The notes below the pieces were generated by a model. That model did no database searches and was not told the DNA's origin. It worked only from the letters and a program-made list of their open reading frames with translations. DNA of 64,000 nucleotides from Lama glama. Its lineage: Eukaryota. This document shows positions 1 through 12,165 of this stretch, in pieces. The stretch covers positions 68,078,001-68,142,000 of the forward strand of contig CM052817.1 in the NCBI GenBank assembly GCA_028534125.1, read 5' to 3'. The position numbers and the translations under genes are program-made. Position 1 is the stretch's first letter. Every line of letters begins with the position of its first letter.

Positions 1-334
1 GAATGCAGGCCTGGTTATTTACTTGACAGTCGTGCCCCTTAATAAATCTGGTACTGAAATAGACCAATTAGCTGCTTGGATTTTAAAGAAAGAGCTCCCA
101 ACTTGGCGGTGATTACTAACATCCACTGTCAGCTCTGCCATCTCGCCAACCGGGCAGGGGAGCCCTCCAAACGCTCCCACACCTGAGCCCAGCTCCGCTT
201 CAGCAGCAGAGCTCCCACTCCTACCCAACCTCCCGCCCTTCCACCCACACACCTTCAAGTACTCTTCGGTTCTAAGAGAATAGCCGGCCACAGACTACCA
301 TTCTTCCAGCTGTACTCTTCTAGCACCTGTTTCA

Positions 335-580
335 CACAGTGGTTAAAGAGCATGAGTTCCCTTGTCTGAAATGCTGGTTCAAAACCCGGTCCTGTCATTT
401 ACCAGCCATCTGACCTCAGACACGTCAATAACATGCCTCAGCTCCAGTGTCCTTGGAGATAATAACAGCAGCTCATAAGGACTAAGTAACATGGCACATG
501 TTCACATGGTGGCTAGCCAACAGAAAATAATCCACAAATGTTAGCTATCTTACTATTACTAATATTATTATTATTATTAT
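335..580 (+). mobile_element. MIR SINE (degenerate)
   Basis: gtggttaaagagc...ggttcaaaacccgg...tgacctc...aaatgttagctat...(att)n follows the MIR layout. Confidence 0.7.
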
Positions 581-868
581 TAAAAATAACCCTCTTGTTA
601 ACCTAAATTCTTAACCTTAAATCTTTATTTCCTACCAGATCTAAGCTTTGTGGACTGCTAACACCTCTTTCTCCTAAAGTCCTCCTGGAAGAATCCTACT
701 CTTACACAAAGTCCAATTCAGGAATGAGGGTTACAATCCTGTTGTTAAAGCTCCATTGCCCTTCTTGACTTCTGACCACTTTCCTTCCTTTCGAGATGCT
801 TGCAAAGAGCATTTGATGGTGATTCTAGAAGTATATATTTTCATGCCCAAAACAAGTTAAAACAATAC

Positions 869-933
869 CTCTTTAGAGTCCACCTTCAGAGGAATATCAT
901 GAAAGGGGGAAATGTAGTGACCAGCTACATTCT
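869..933 (-). CDS. PPA2: PPA2 coding exon 2 (65 nt)
   Basis: Pyrimidine tract ending tttgcag|AG AAT GTA GCT GGT CAC TAC ATT TCC CCC TTT CAT GAT ATT CCT CTG AAG GTG GAC TCT AAA GAG|gtattg. Joined to exon 1 this gives [22 protein letters not shown], the conserved ISPFHDIPL motif of family I PPases, in compatible phase. It is too short for the ORF track. Confidence 0.97.
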
Positions 934-1137
934 CTGCAAAAGAAAAACAAACAAAAACAAAAAAACAGGATTAAAGCAATGGACTATCTTGTTCTTTAAA
1001 GCAACTATACTCTTATCCACTTTCAAATTTTAAGTAAGTTTTTAATACTTCTTTTTTCCAAAATTAACTTTAACTCCCAATTTAAAATTTAATTCAACTT
1101 TTAAAACTTGCTCCAATCTGATGGCCAAAGAGAAAAA

Positions 1138-1592
1138 CAGGAGTCCCCTGCCTTATCCACAGGGATGCATTCTAAGACCTTAGTGGATGCAAAACCGTGG
1201 ATAGTACCAAACCCTACATATGATACATTTTTTTCCTATATATACATACCTATGATCAAGTTTAATTTATAAATTAGGCACAGTAAGAGACTGTCTGAAT
1301 TTCCAGCATCACTACTCCTGAGCTCCTAAGGGTGACCTGAACACAAGCTCTGTGACGCCTGGGCAGTCAGTTTTATAACCAAGGTGTCTGCTAAGGCTGA
1401 CAAAGGGATGATTCACACCCAGGACCAGGACAAAACAGGACAGCATCAAATTTCATCACAGCTGCTCAGAATGGTGTGGCCCGCAATTGAAAACTTATGA
1501 AATATTTTCTTCTGGAATTTTCCACTTAACATTTTCAGACCATAGTTGCCCACTAAAACTGTGGGCACAACTGCAGCTAAGGGGGACTACTG
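1138..1592 (+). mobile_element. MER44-type (Tigger7-derived) non-autonomous DNA transposon
   Basis: TIRs caggagtcccctgccttatcc ... gctaagggggactactg followed by TA; internal gtttaatttataaattaggcacagtaagaga resembles MER44. Confidence 0.8.
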
Positions 1593-2184
1593 TATACACC
1601 AAATCAACTGTATTTGGGTTGCTGAAGCCATTTGCCTCTCCTTGTGGCTTAAAACATCCAAAGCAGAAAATGTCTAAATTAGACTAAAGCCTCAAATATG
1701 AAAAATCTTACTTTTAAAAAGAGACTCATTAATAAGTGAACTGTGTTGAAACTGATGTCAGTTTCCCTAAGGGAAACATAACAACAGAATTCCCAATTGC
1801 CATCTACAAGCCACATGAACAGAGGTTTAAAGGTCCTACCAAGAAACATCATTTGTTCCACTCAAAGTGATAAGAATGCTAGTATTAAGGTAAGCTTGAA
1901 ACACAAACAGATTTCAATAATAGAAATTATTTTATTCTCATTGCATACTGAAATGTATATTTTAAATACCTTTAAAAGTACATATTATTTGAATAAAACA
2001 CAATAACCCGATAAGCACTTCTAGTGGAAAGCATCTGCTTTAGGAAGCGAGGCTGAAGCCAGCCACCGAAAACTCACGTCGTGATTTTCTAAGTCAGGGT
2101 ATGTTTTACTTCTCACTTTCTACTTCTCTGGCCTAATTTTTAAATTTAGACTTTAAAATGTTTTAATAAATAAGATGAAGACTG

Positions 2185-3750
2185 ATACTGCAATAGCAAA
2201 GAGTACACTTAGTACCCAAATCTTTGTTTCTAAATACCAATTCTCCAACAAAAAGAACTAGGGCTTCCTGAAGAAGTGGCTGATCCTAAGGTTGGGGCGA
2301 AGAACATACAAGATGACCCTGGAACATCTTGTAGTACCAGAAACCAACCAAGCACTCAAAAAACAAAAGGTTGGAGGTACGTCAAAGGGAAATGGAGCCA
2401 ACACGAAAGAGCTCCCAAAGGCCAAGGCTGGAACAAGTTGAGCAACAAGATAAATGGACTATGGACATACATTGGTGGTAGTGTGAGATTGGTTCCAGAC
2501 TACTGCAATTAAGCAAATATTGCAATAAAGCAAGTCACACAGATTTTTTGGTTCCCCAGCACATATAAAAATTATGTTTACACTATACTGTAGTCTATTA
2601 AGTGTGCAATAATATTATGTCTAAAAAAAGTACATATCTTAATTTAAAAATACTTTATGCTAAGAAGTACTATCATCTGAGCCTTCAGTGAGTTGTAACA
2701 GTGACAACAAAGACCACTGATCACAGATTATCATGACAAATATAATAATGATGAAAAGTCTGAAATCTCAAAATGTGACACAGAGACAGAAGTGAGCAAA
2801 TGCTGTTGGAAAATTGTCACTGATAGACTTGCTCAGCACAGGGTTGCCACAAACCTTCTGTTTGTAAAAAATGCAGTCTCTTCAAAGTACAATAAAGCAA
2901 AGTGCAATAAAATGCAGTACGCCTATATTGAACTACAGCCCAAAGTATACAATAAATACACGAGTCCACAGTAATACAAATAAGTGATTGTATAAATAAA
3001 TAAATGAGGGGAAAGAGACAAATGTTTCTCTCAGAAAAGTTCTAAACAATATATGTAGATGTTCTCCCCTCCAAGAAATGAAGCTTACCCCGACCCCCTG
3101 AATGTGGGTGGACTGGATTTAGTGACTTGCTTCCAAAGAATAGACTGTGGAAAGGGAAAAACATTTCCATGGAGAAACCTGACAAGCAGTACTCTTAACC
3201 AAGTGATCAAGGTTAGCATCACCCGTGATAAGTCATGTTCACAGCAGGTACTTCCTGATATGCTGTGATGAGAAGGGTACTTCACTTCTGTCGTATTCTT
3301 CCCCCAAACCCATAGCCTGTCTCATCATGAGAAAAATATTAGACACACCCAAGTCGTGTGACATTCTACAAAGCACTTAATCAATCCTGTTCAAGTTTCA
3401 GGGTCATCAAAAAAAAAAAATAAGGAAAGACTGAGAAGTTGTCAGATGGGAGGAGACCAAGGAAATAAGATTAAACGCAATGTGGTACCCTGAATTGGAT
3501 CCCAGAACAGGGGGAAAAAAACAAAAAAAACCCAAAAACCTTAATGGAAAAACCAGTGATACTCAAATAAAATGTGGAGCTCAGCTAATAGTGTGTACCA
3601 ATGTTGATTTCTTAGCCTTGACAAATGTACACTTGTACATTTGGTAATGAAGATGTTAACATTAGAAAAAGTAGTAAGATATATTGGAATTATGTACTAT
3701 CTTTATAACCTTGCCAAATCTAAAATTATTCCAAAATAAAGTTTATGTAA
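2185..3750 (+). mobile_element. Old L1 3' UTR (L1MC/L1MD-like), interrupted by a Tigger1 derivative
   Basis: Motifs gagctcccaaaggccaaggctggaacaa, tagtgacttgcttccaaagaataga and ctaaaattattccaaaataaagttta. Confidence 0.75.
2462..2925 (-). mobile_element. Tigger1 internal-deletion derivative
   Basis: Both Tigger1 ends are present (gtagtctattaagtg; gggttgccacaaaccttc...aataaaatgcagtacgccta) and flanked by TA at 2460-2461 and 2926-2927. It is nested in the L1MC/MD element. Confidence 0.85.
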
Positions 3751-3919
3751 ACAAAAACAAGCCATGGCTTCAGTCCAATAAAATCAGAAGTCTATAACTT
3801 AACAATGGCCTCCATTCCACTAAAATTTTATTTCCTCTTCTCAAGCTGTGTGCGTTTTCCTTAGCACTTAGAAGTAGACTAAGGTTCTTGAAGGAGATTT
3901 TTCTGCTGTTTGTTTTTGT

Positions 3920-4010
3920 TTGTTCTGTTATGCACTCTGCTGAATCCCCAGTATCCAGGAAAGTACCCACCACTTAGTAGGAATTCAATAAATATGTGCT
4001 GAGCAAATAT
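3920..4010 (+). mobile_element. L2 3' end
   Basis: tagtaggaattcaataaatatgtgctgag resembles the L2 terminus. Confidence 0.6.
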
Positions 4011-4424
4011 CTCTATTACTATTTCATTTTTTTCTTACGAGCTGTTAACATAATTTTTCTTTTCCCAGCCTAGCAACAAGGTAACTCATGAAGGATACTG
4101 GTGCACAAAGTAGGATAAAGCACACAAGAGAAAAATGAGAAAAACAGACAAGTGGCAAAGGATATAAAACTCTTTTTATGATCTATATAGCTCTTTTGCA
4201 TAGGATGAAAGGTTCATAGGTTAAAAAGGATGCACCTTAAAAAAAAACTTCTCTTTTGAATATCACATATTTCAAATTCTCTACCTGATTTTAAACTCAT
4301 CTACGAGCAACACAAGAACAGAAGAAATGAAATTTATCAGTTTGTTGCATGATTATTTACTTTTCTATAAATAAAAATATACTTAAGTGGGTCACATTTA
4401 CATATTTTTTATTAAAATAAAATA

Positions 4425-5030
4425 TAGTGGTGGGAATTGAAAATGGTATAGCAACTTTGGAAGACAGTTGGCAATTTCTTATAAAGTTAAACATATGACC
4501 CAGAAATCCTACTATTAAGTACTTAACCAGAAAAAAATGAAAATTTATGTTCACACAAAAACTTCTAAGTGTATGTTTATAGCAGCTTTATTCAAAATCA
4601 CAAAACTGGAAGCAACCCAAATGTCCAACTGGTAAATGGACAAAGAAACTGTTACATCCACACAATGGTGTTTTACTCAATAGTATATTAGTCCACAATA
4701 AGAAGGAGTGAACTACTGATATACACAACAAAATGGAAAAATCTAAAATGCTTTATGCCAAGTGAAAGAAGCTAGACTCAAAAAATTTCATTTGGATGAC
4801 TTTCTAGAAAAGGCAAAACTGTAAGAATAAAGAACAGATCAGTGGTTGCCAGAGGTTGAGGGCAGAGGGGGAGGTAACTCTAAAGAGACAGGGACTTTTT
4901 TTTTAGAATGATAGACTATTCTATACCACAATTGTGAGGGTGTTTAAATGAATCTGTATTTCTATTATAACTCAGAACCAAAAAAGTAGTGAATTTTTCT
5001 CTACGTAATTTTTAAAATAAATAAATATGG
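4425..5030 (+). mobile_element. Old L1M ORF2 end and 3' UTR
   Basis: ggtgggaattgaaaatggtatagcaactttggaagacagttggc...cagatcagtggttgccagagg. Confidence 0.75.
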
Positions 5031-5729
5031 AGCAAAAAAAGGTAGTTAAGAAAAATATAATACATTAATGTATAAATGCAGGCATTTATTCCAAATAACA
5101 GTCACCAATCTATGATTCTTTTCTCTGCTTTAAGTCACAAAGAATAAGGTAGAATTTTGAAGAGAAGTTAAGACACATCCTTTAGCAGATTACTTCAGCT
5201 GTCATATTTGGAACCTATCATTGTGATGGAAATTAACAATAATCTCAGCTCTAAGAATTCAGGAAGCTGTACAAACCAGGAAAGTTTGTTATTAAAATTA
5301 ATGAAGTATAGCAAACTTGACAGAATAGCTGGGCTGCCTTTGTAAATTAAAAGTTAATAGCTATCTCTAGCACATTGATTGATTTGGTATTAAATTTCCC
5401 TAAAGTTCCAATGCTCTCGTTAACTGGGGACAAACCCCAACAAACTTATTTAGATGAAAGAGGAGCATACGATAACTCAAGTACGGGGACAAATGGGACT
5501 AGACTATGCTGTGATCGCTAAAAGCCAAAGATTTATGAGAAGTGTGCTTAGACATCTGTCTCTTTAAACCGGGATCTAAATATCTTCAAACACTAAGGTA
5601 ACGCCAATATGTATGTTAAAATTATTTTCTAATTGCCATTTTGGAAAGTAAAGAGAGTATAAATGTGAGCGAATAGTTTGATTCAGATAACCGTACCCAC
5701 TAGAAGCCATTTGGACCATGAGATAGTTT

Positions 5730-5840
5730 ATTTACGTATTTTAACTTCTTTTTTCACTTAATGGAAATACTGGGGATCGAACCCAGGACCTTGTGCATGC
5801 TAAGCACATGCTCTACCACTGAGCTATATCCCTCTCCCCC
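5730..5840 (-). mobile_element. Vic-1-type camelid tRNA-Ala-derived SINE
   Basis: Minus strand reads GAGGGATATAGCTCAGTGGTAGAGC...CTTAGCATGCAC...GGTTCGATCCCCAGTA plus an A-rich tail. Degenerate TSD ggaccatgagatagttt (5713-5729) / ggatcatgaaatgtttt (5842-5858). Confidence 0.88.
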
Positions 5841-6395
5841 AGGATCATGAAATGTTTTAAGCAAAAACATAATAAGAAAGTAAGAATAATTTCTGGAAAA
5901 AATAAAAATAAAATAGGGCCTTAGATCTCTGATAGTTATAATGCTTTGATGGGTAATATACCAACACACTTGCACAGGAACAATAAAAACAGGGGCCAAG
6001 AGAATGACCTGTAGTTATTGACTGAGCTTGAAAAAGTCACTCAGTGTCTCCAGAACTTAACTCTCTCAATTTCCTTCAGTCAAGCAATATACAATTTCGT
6101 ATGTAAAGGGCAATGTACTAGGTGCTGGAATGCAAAAGCGCTAAAAAGCGAGCTATGCCCACAGCTGGGTAAGGCAGGGCACGCGCTCCACATCTTCCGC
6201 ATCAGCGTCACCCAGTCAGTTTAAAGACAAAGGAGTCCTCTTGGCACAATCAGAGCGCTAATCTTCGACCCAAAGCCCAAAGGAAGAACAGGAATCCATT
6301 AGAAGTTCAGATTCTAGAGTCAGTTCTATAAGCATGCGGTCAGGCTCGATGTAAAGGGTGCCACGGGCCTCTAAAGGCAGGTTTCAAGACAGGCC

Positions 6396-6810
6396 CAGGT
6401 ATCCCCTGCTTTTTGAAAGTGTGCTTGATGCCACTTCACTTTTACAAAAGACTTACATTAGTACCTGTTTTCGTTAAGAAATCCGAAGACGATTTTCGCT
6501 TTTACAAAAAAAGGCAAAAATCGAAAACAGCATTAACAGTTTGTTTTTTAGCAGCTGCTACAGAGGCAGTGCGCACCCCTAAGCAGTGATTGCGGCCCTG
6601 CCCAGCTCTTTGCCAGGAGCTACGCTCCTCATCTCAGCATCAAGCTGCCATAGCTCTAAACTGGGTCTGTGAGCATCTGTGTTTCCCTCAATTTATTTTG
6701 TGCATCCGTTAGCAAGATGTGTCCTAAGGCACGGCTTCTTCGCTTTACGCCATTACGGCTTATGAAAGATTTCGTAGGAATGCTCCCCTTTCGGACAGCA
6801 GGTAGGTCTG
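6396..6810. mobile_element. TcMar-Tigger-type non-autonomous DNA transposon (subfamily not named)
   Basis: Imperfect TIRs caggtatcccctgct ... agcaggtaggtctg and repeated subterminal ttcgcttt(t)ac motifs. Confidence 0.65.
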
Positions 6811-8049
6811 TGCTACCTATCCTGATCCCCTTTAAAATGAAACAGGTAATCTATATGATACCTATGAGCCGCGGGTGAGAGGCACGGCACGTGCATCAAG
6901 CACTGCGGCAATGTTTGCCACTCGTTAAAGACTGAACTGAAGTACTCGTTAGAAACAGCCCTTTCTCAGAGTCTCAGAGTAAATTAGTGATAAATCTTAG
7001 GTTAGAACTTCATTATCTGTAGCTCAGACTGGTTGTTTCTTTAGGGTTGAAACCAAGTTGTTACCAATTTACTTTTTTAAAATATTTATTTTGTTGTTGT
7101 TTAAACCAAGCAATGCACATGCATGGTTAAAAAAAAAAGTCCTCACTTTTCTCCAATTCAGTTCCACTCTCAGAGCAACCCAATCTCACCTCTTTTACTT
7201 TAGGTCCAGATGCTGTCTTCATTTCTCTAAATAATATATGGTTGGTTTTTAATTCATAGTTTTAGAATATTATCTGCTGATCCCAAGTCTGAGAGGTAAG
7301 TCTGACCCCAACCTATGCCTCTTAAATTCTCTGTTGGCCAGTCTTAATACTAAAGCTTTATTCCTTGTTCCACCAAAAAGATGCAGTATTTCTTGATTTG
7401 ACTAACTGGCCTTTTATTTCTCTAGTCCTTATTCTTCTCTCTCCTAATTTTTATTTTCTGCACTTTTATTTTTTCATTTCAAGGCTAAGATGTTCTATAA
7501 TCACACTAAGTTTTCTGTGCTTTTCCTGTTAGTGTATTTCCTAAAAATAAGAAAAACCTGGACTGCTTGTTAAACAGATCTCTGGACCCCCATATCCAGC
7601 TAATCAAAATTGTGAGAGAAATCTGGGTATCTATATTAATAGCACCCTCTCCCCAATAATTCTTATAGTCAGGCAAGGTTAAGAAGTATTACCTATGTGT
7701 TGATTTTTGGCCAAGCAGAATGTTATAAGTAAATTTTCTTTCCTGTTCAGTGTCTATTTTAACTTGTGTTTCCAATTTTCCTCCTTCCATTGTCAGTCAT
7801 AATTATATCTATAAATTATTCAAACACCTCACAGATTCCATTAAAACTATGGAATGCTCTCTTTACCCAAATATCTCCCTTTGGAAATCTCATTCTTCCT
7901 GCTGCAGTCTGGATTGGATGCTCTCTTGGCACCCAAAGACTCTGCTTCTTTGATCTCCAGCTTAGATCTGTTTTCCGGATCCCACGCATTCACCTTTTTT
8001 GGTTTACTTACTTGTTCTGCAGTAGTGAATCCCTAACTTGTGTGTAAGA

Positions 8050-8790
8050 AAGGTTGCATGGGAGGTAAATTTCCCAAGTCCTTAAATGTCTGAAACGTCT
8101 TGATTCAGTCCTCACCTTAGATTACTGGATGCCTGAGTAAATTCTAGGAGGAAAATTATCTTCTCAGAATTTCAAAGGCATGAGATACCAGTTTGATTCT
8201 CAGTCCTTTGGAGGTGACCTGTTTTCCCTCCCTCCCTCCCCTGCCCCCAACCCCAGAACTTTCAGGATCTTCTTTGTAAAAGCCTCAGTTTCCTGAGATT
8301 TCACAGTAAAGTGTCTGGGTCTCAGAACACTTGGGTACTTAAATTCTTGGATTTCTTCTATTATTCCTTTGAAAATTCTTCATTTTGTCTGTTTTTCATT
8401 CTGGAACTCATATTAGCCAAATGTTAGACTTCCTAGATTAACCTGTGTGTCTCTTCTTTCTATCTCTTTTTTCTGTCTCTTTGACATTTTGTCCTACGTT
8501 TTGATTGACTTCTTTACCATATATTCTAACTTTTCTGTATTAGTTTTCTAGGACTGCCACAACAAATGATCACACACTTGGTGGCTTAAAACAACAGAAC
8601 ACCATTCTTACTGACCACACTTACTGACTTCTTTGTCTTAACACTCAGATGTTAATTTCCAAGAGTTCTTGTTCTTCGAATGCCTTTTCTTCATAGCCTC
8701 CTCTTCTTTCTCAATGGGTGCCAAAGCTTCTGAAATCTCAGAAGACACCCATTTGACTCTGAAAAATTCAAGTTCTCCTCTGTCTACTTC
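8050..8790 (-). mobile_element. Ancient L1M/HAL1-like fragment with a short MaLR piece near 8537-8610
   Basis: aattctaggaggaaaattatcttctcagaatttcaaaggc is the antisense L1 pattern; tgtattagttttctaggactgcc...gtggcttaaaacaacag is an MLT end. Confidence 0.55.
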
Positions 8791-8829
8791 CTTTTTTTCC
8801 CTAATGTTAGTTTACAAGGTTTCCTTAAA

Positions 8830-10420
8830 TTCACTCATTCAGTAAATATTTTCTGACCACATGTACTACACCAGGCACTGTTTTAGGTACTAAGTATAAA
8901 AATTGCTTGCTTTTATGGAACTTATATTCTGGTGGGAGGGGTGCATAGAAGCAATGAATATGAGTATGTTTTTAACCACATCAAGTCCAGGGCAAGAAAA
9001 GAGTGAATAATGGAAGGAGACAACATTTTACATTGAAATGTCAGGGAAGATCTCTCTGGTAGGTAGCATTTCAGCACAGGCATGAATGAAGTGAGGAAGT
9101 GGGTCCAGGAGACTCCAGGGAGGAATGTGGCAGGGAGGGCAAGTGCAGAGGTGCTGAGGTGAGAATGAGCACGGCACGTTAGAGAAACCGCACGGAGGCA
9201 AGGATGGCGGGAGCACAACGATGAGAAGGAAGAGGGGTAAGCACACATTCAGAGAATTAGGTGACCGGTACTAGGTCACACGGGACCTTGGGTTCTGTTA
9301 GCAGCACCTGGACATGATCAGACCTCAATTTTTCAAGAATCAAGATGACTCTCACGTGGAAAGCAGACTTCAGAGGGGGTTGGGGGAGGCAGGGTGAAGA
9401 ATCAGGAGGCTCCTGCAATTAATTAGTCAAGTGAGAGGTGACGGTGACATGGATCTAGTGACGAGGGTGGGGGTGGAGAGAAGTAACTGTCTTCTGGATA
9501 CATTTCAAAAGCTGGACTGAAGGGAGAGACACAAAGTAGATGTGGGGTAAGAGGAAGAGGGGCCACAACAATGAGCTGTGTTAAGTTAGGTGTGAAGACA
9601 GACAGGGATAGTTGGGCGGAGGCTGGGGGCTCACGAGCTCTGTTCTTTACATGTTAACCTTGAAATACGCCTTAGACGTTTCTGTGGAAGTACAGAGTAC
9701 ACCTCCTGGACGTGGAAGACGAGACTCAGGCCAACGTTACAAATCTGGGAAGCAGAGATGGTATCTTGAGCTATGGGACCAGGTGTGATCATCTAGAGCA
9801 GAAGCAGTAAGACAGCCAACTCTGGCCCACGGGCCAAATCCAGGATGGCCTGCTGTTATTTTTGTAAATAAAGTTCTGTTGGAACATAGCCACACCGATG
9901 CCTTTCTTGTCTGGTGGCTTCTGCCCTACAATACAGGTTAGGTAACTGTGACAGAGAGTACAGAAGTTGTGGTAGAGACGACAGGGTCTGTAAAGCCTGA
10001 ACTATTTACTACCCAGCCCTGGACAGAAAGGGCCTGCCAACCCCTGACTTGGGGACAGAACAGATAGGAAGTGAGCCGAGTACTGAGTCCGGGGCCATTT
10101 CAAAGGTTAGAGTTCAGATCAGAGGATCCAGCGAGGGAGACTGCTGAAGGAGACGCCATCAGAGTAAGATAAAAGAGAGCGTTGTTCCAGATGGAAAAAG
10201 AAAAAGAAAGTTTCAAGGAAGAGAGTGGACTCGACTGTGAAAAATACTATTGAGAATCCACATGAGATGAGAAGTTACAGTTGATCATTCCGTTTGCCAC
10301 ATGGATGTCACCTTCTGACAAGGCAGTCTGGTAGACAGAGTAGCAGCGATGAAAACCTGGCTGAAGGGGATCCCTCACAATTTGGTCTAAATTTAAGAAT
10401 AAGACGAGAAAAGGCTGATG
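8830..10420 (-). mobile_element. L2 LINE fragment
   Basis: cattcagtaaatatt...ccaggcactgttttagg followed by a purine-rich L2 body; interrupted by MER58A. Confidence 0.75.
9799..10046 (+). mobile_element. MER58A-like hAT-Charlie element
   Basis: ggcccacgggccaaatc...tttttgtaaataaagtt...tgccaacccctg. Confidence 0.85.
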
Positions 10421-11974
10421 TGCACGCAGAGAGGCTTGTTGAAGGGCCCGCTACCCAGGGAGGTGTCTGGGAGAGAAGCTCCACCGGGCGTCCCCTAAAT
10501 GCCAGCGTGCACAGAGCTTGGCGGGGCCGGCCACACTCTCAGGTCCTCCGAACGCCCTCCAAACACTTTCTTCGATTTCTACGGGAGGAATCAGCCATCC
10601 GCCAGGCCCCAGGCCTGCGCCAGGCCCCAGACCAAAACGACCTCCCTGTGTTAACCCCACGTCACTCTCTCCCACCTGATGTCGACAGGTCTCGGAGGTT
10701 GCACAGAGCAGTTCAGAGCTCCCTAAACCGCGTCCCCTCAGCACGTGCAGCTCCTCGTGCTGCTCCATCAACACCCACACTTCCACCTGTTTTCCTTCTT
10801 TTATAAACATTCTGAAATACCCAGCTCTGAGGGATCCTCCTTGTTTGTTGTTCTAGTGTTATCCTTTTTTTATTCACCTACTATCACTGTAATAGGGTAT
10901 TTACTAGGAAGGAGCCAAGGTAAGCACTTGTCATCCTGCCATCTCGTCTTTGTATTTCACTTCGTCAAAAATCAGACTACACGCCTACTAGGCATGGCTA
11001 ATGCCCTCTGGCAGCCCCACCAATACACACGGGTATTGCCAGTGTCAAAACCTCCCCTTCACCTGGACCGAAATGAGATCTCATTCTAGCACTCTGTATG
11101 TTATCCATGTGTTTTTCTCTTATAACAGCAAGTTGTATCAGAAGGAAAGTTTGCTACTTGTATTATTGAGTGAGAAAATTGAATGTGATTGCAAAACCTT
11201 TGTCTGGTTATATATCTATTATATACACCGAATAGCTACAGGTACGCCAAGTACCAACATACTATTACGTATTATTACTAAAACTACTTATAGAGATCCT
11301 TACGGGAATCTGCAGCAACAACGAAAACCAAAAAATATAACTAATGTTTCTCTATCTGCGCAGTAACTATTATGTCCTATTCTGTTGATTCAAGTTCTAT
11401 GATATGGACCAACTTAAAAAAAAAGTCATAGGAACCCATGTATTTAAGACTCAAACAATGTTTTGTGCATTACTCACAGGAAGTTTTATTAAGTCCAATG
11501 TATGGTACACTCAATGACAGATTCCTCCTACTATTCAAATGACGTACTTTAAAAAGACATTTCAACATAAGCGTAGGTTTGATATAAATGACAGAACAAA
11601 TTCATTGTTAAAGAACTACATGATTCATTCTCATGCTAAATAAAAGCAACCTGAATTATCTGTAGCACTGTTTCTCTAAGTGAACCAGTTGTCTACTCCA
11701 CAGTAACAAAAATCCAAACTACAGAAAGTGTAGCTTCTCCTCATCCTTTCAGAAAAGTTAAAAAATCTAAAATAATGAATTTTCAAGTTATCAACAAAAC
11801 CAAAACATGTAGACTACCAAAAGAATATTGGTATGCAGCTGTCTTTGGGACATACTCAAAATGTGTAATTCTATCCACTTCCCATTGTCTTCACCTTTCA
11901 CAAAACATAACAATAAGAATCCTGGTCTTATGTCAAAGTCAAAAGGAAGAAAGAAATAATGTATATTAAATATT

Positions 11975-12165
11975 AACCATGTGCTGTACATGAGACACTG
12001 ATAGTCTTTACACACGTGGTCTCATTTAACTGCCACAGCAATTCTGTAAAATTATCAGTGCTATCTCCATTTTACGGATGGGGAAATTGAGCTAAGGGAT
12101 GCCTGAGACAGTCAAGCCAGGCCTACAATCTGAGTGTTCTGACTATGAGTCTAGAACCCACCACT
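11975..12165 (-). mobile_element. MIR SINE
   Basis: ctcatttaac...ccattttacggatggggaaattgag is the MIR core, antisense. Confidence 0.7.

Noticed and set aside
19..291. 90-aa minus-strand ORF in PPA2 intron 2 as an extra exon
   Set aside because: It has a non-ATG start, no similarity to PPA2 exon 3 as I recall it, and no recognisable family.
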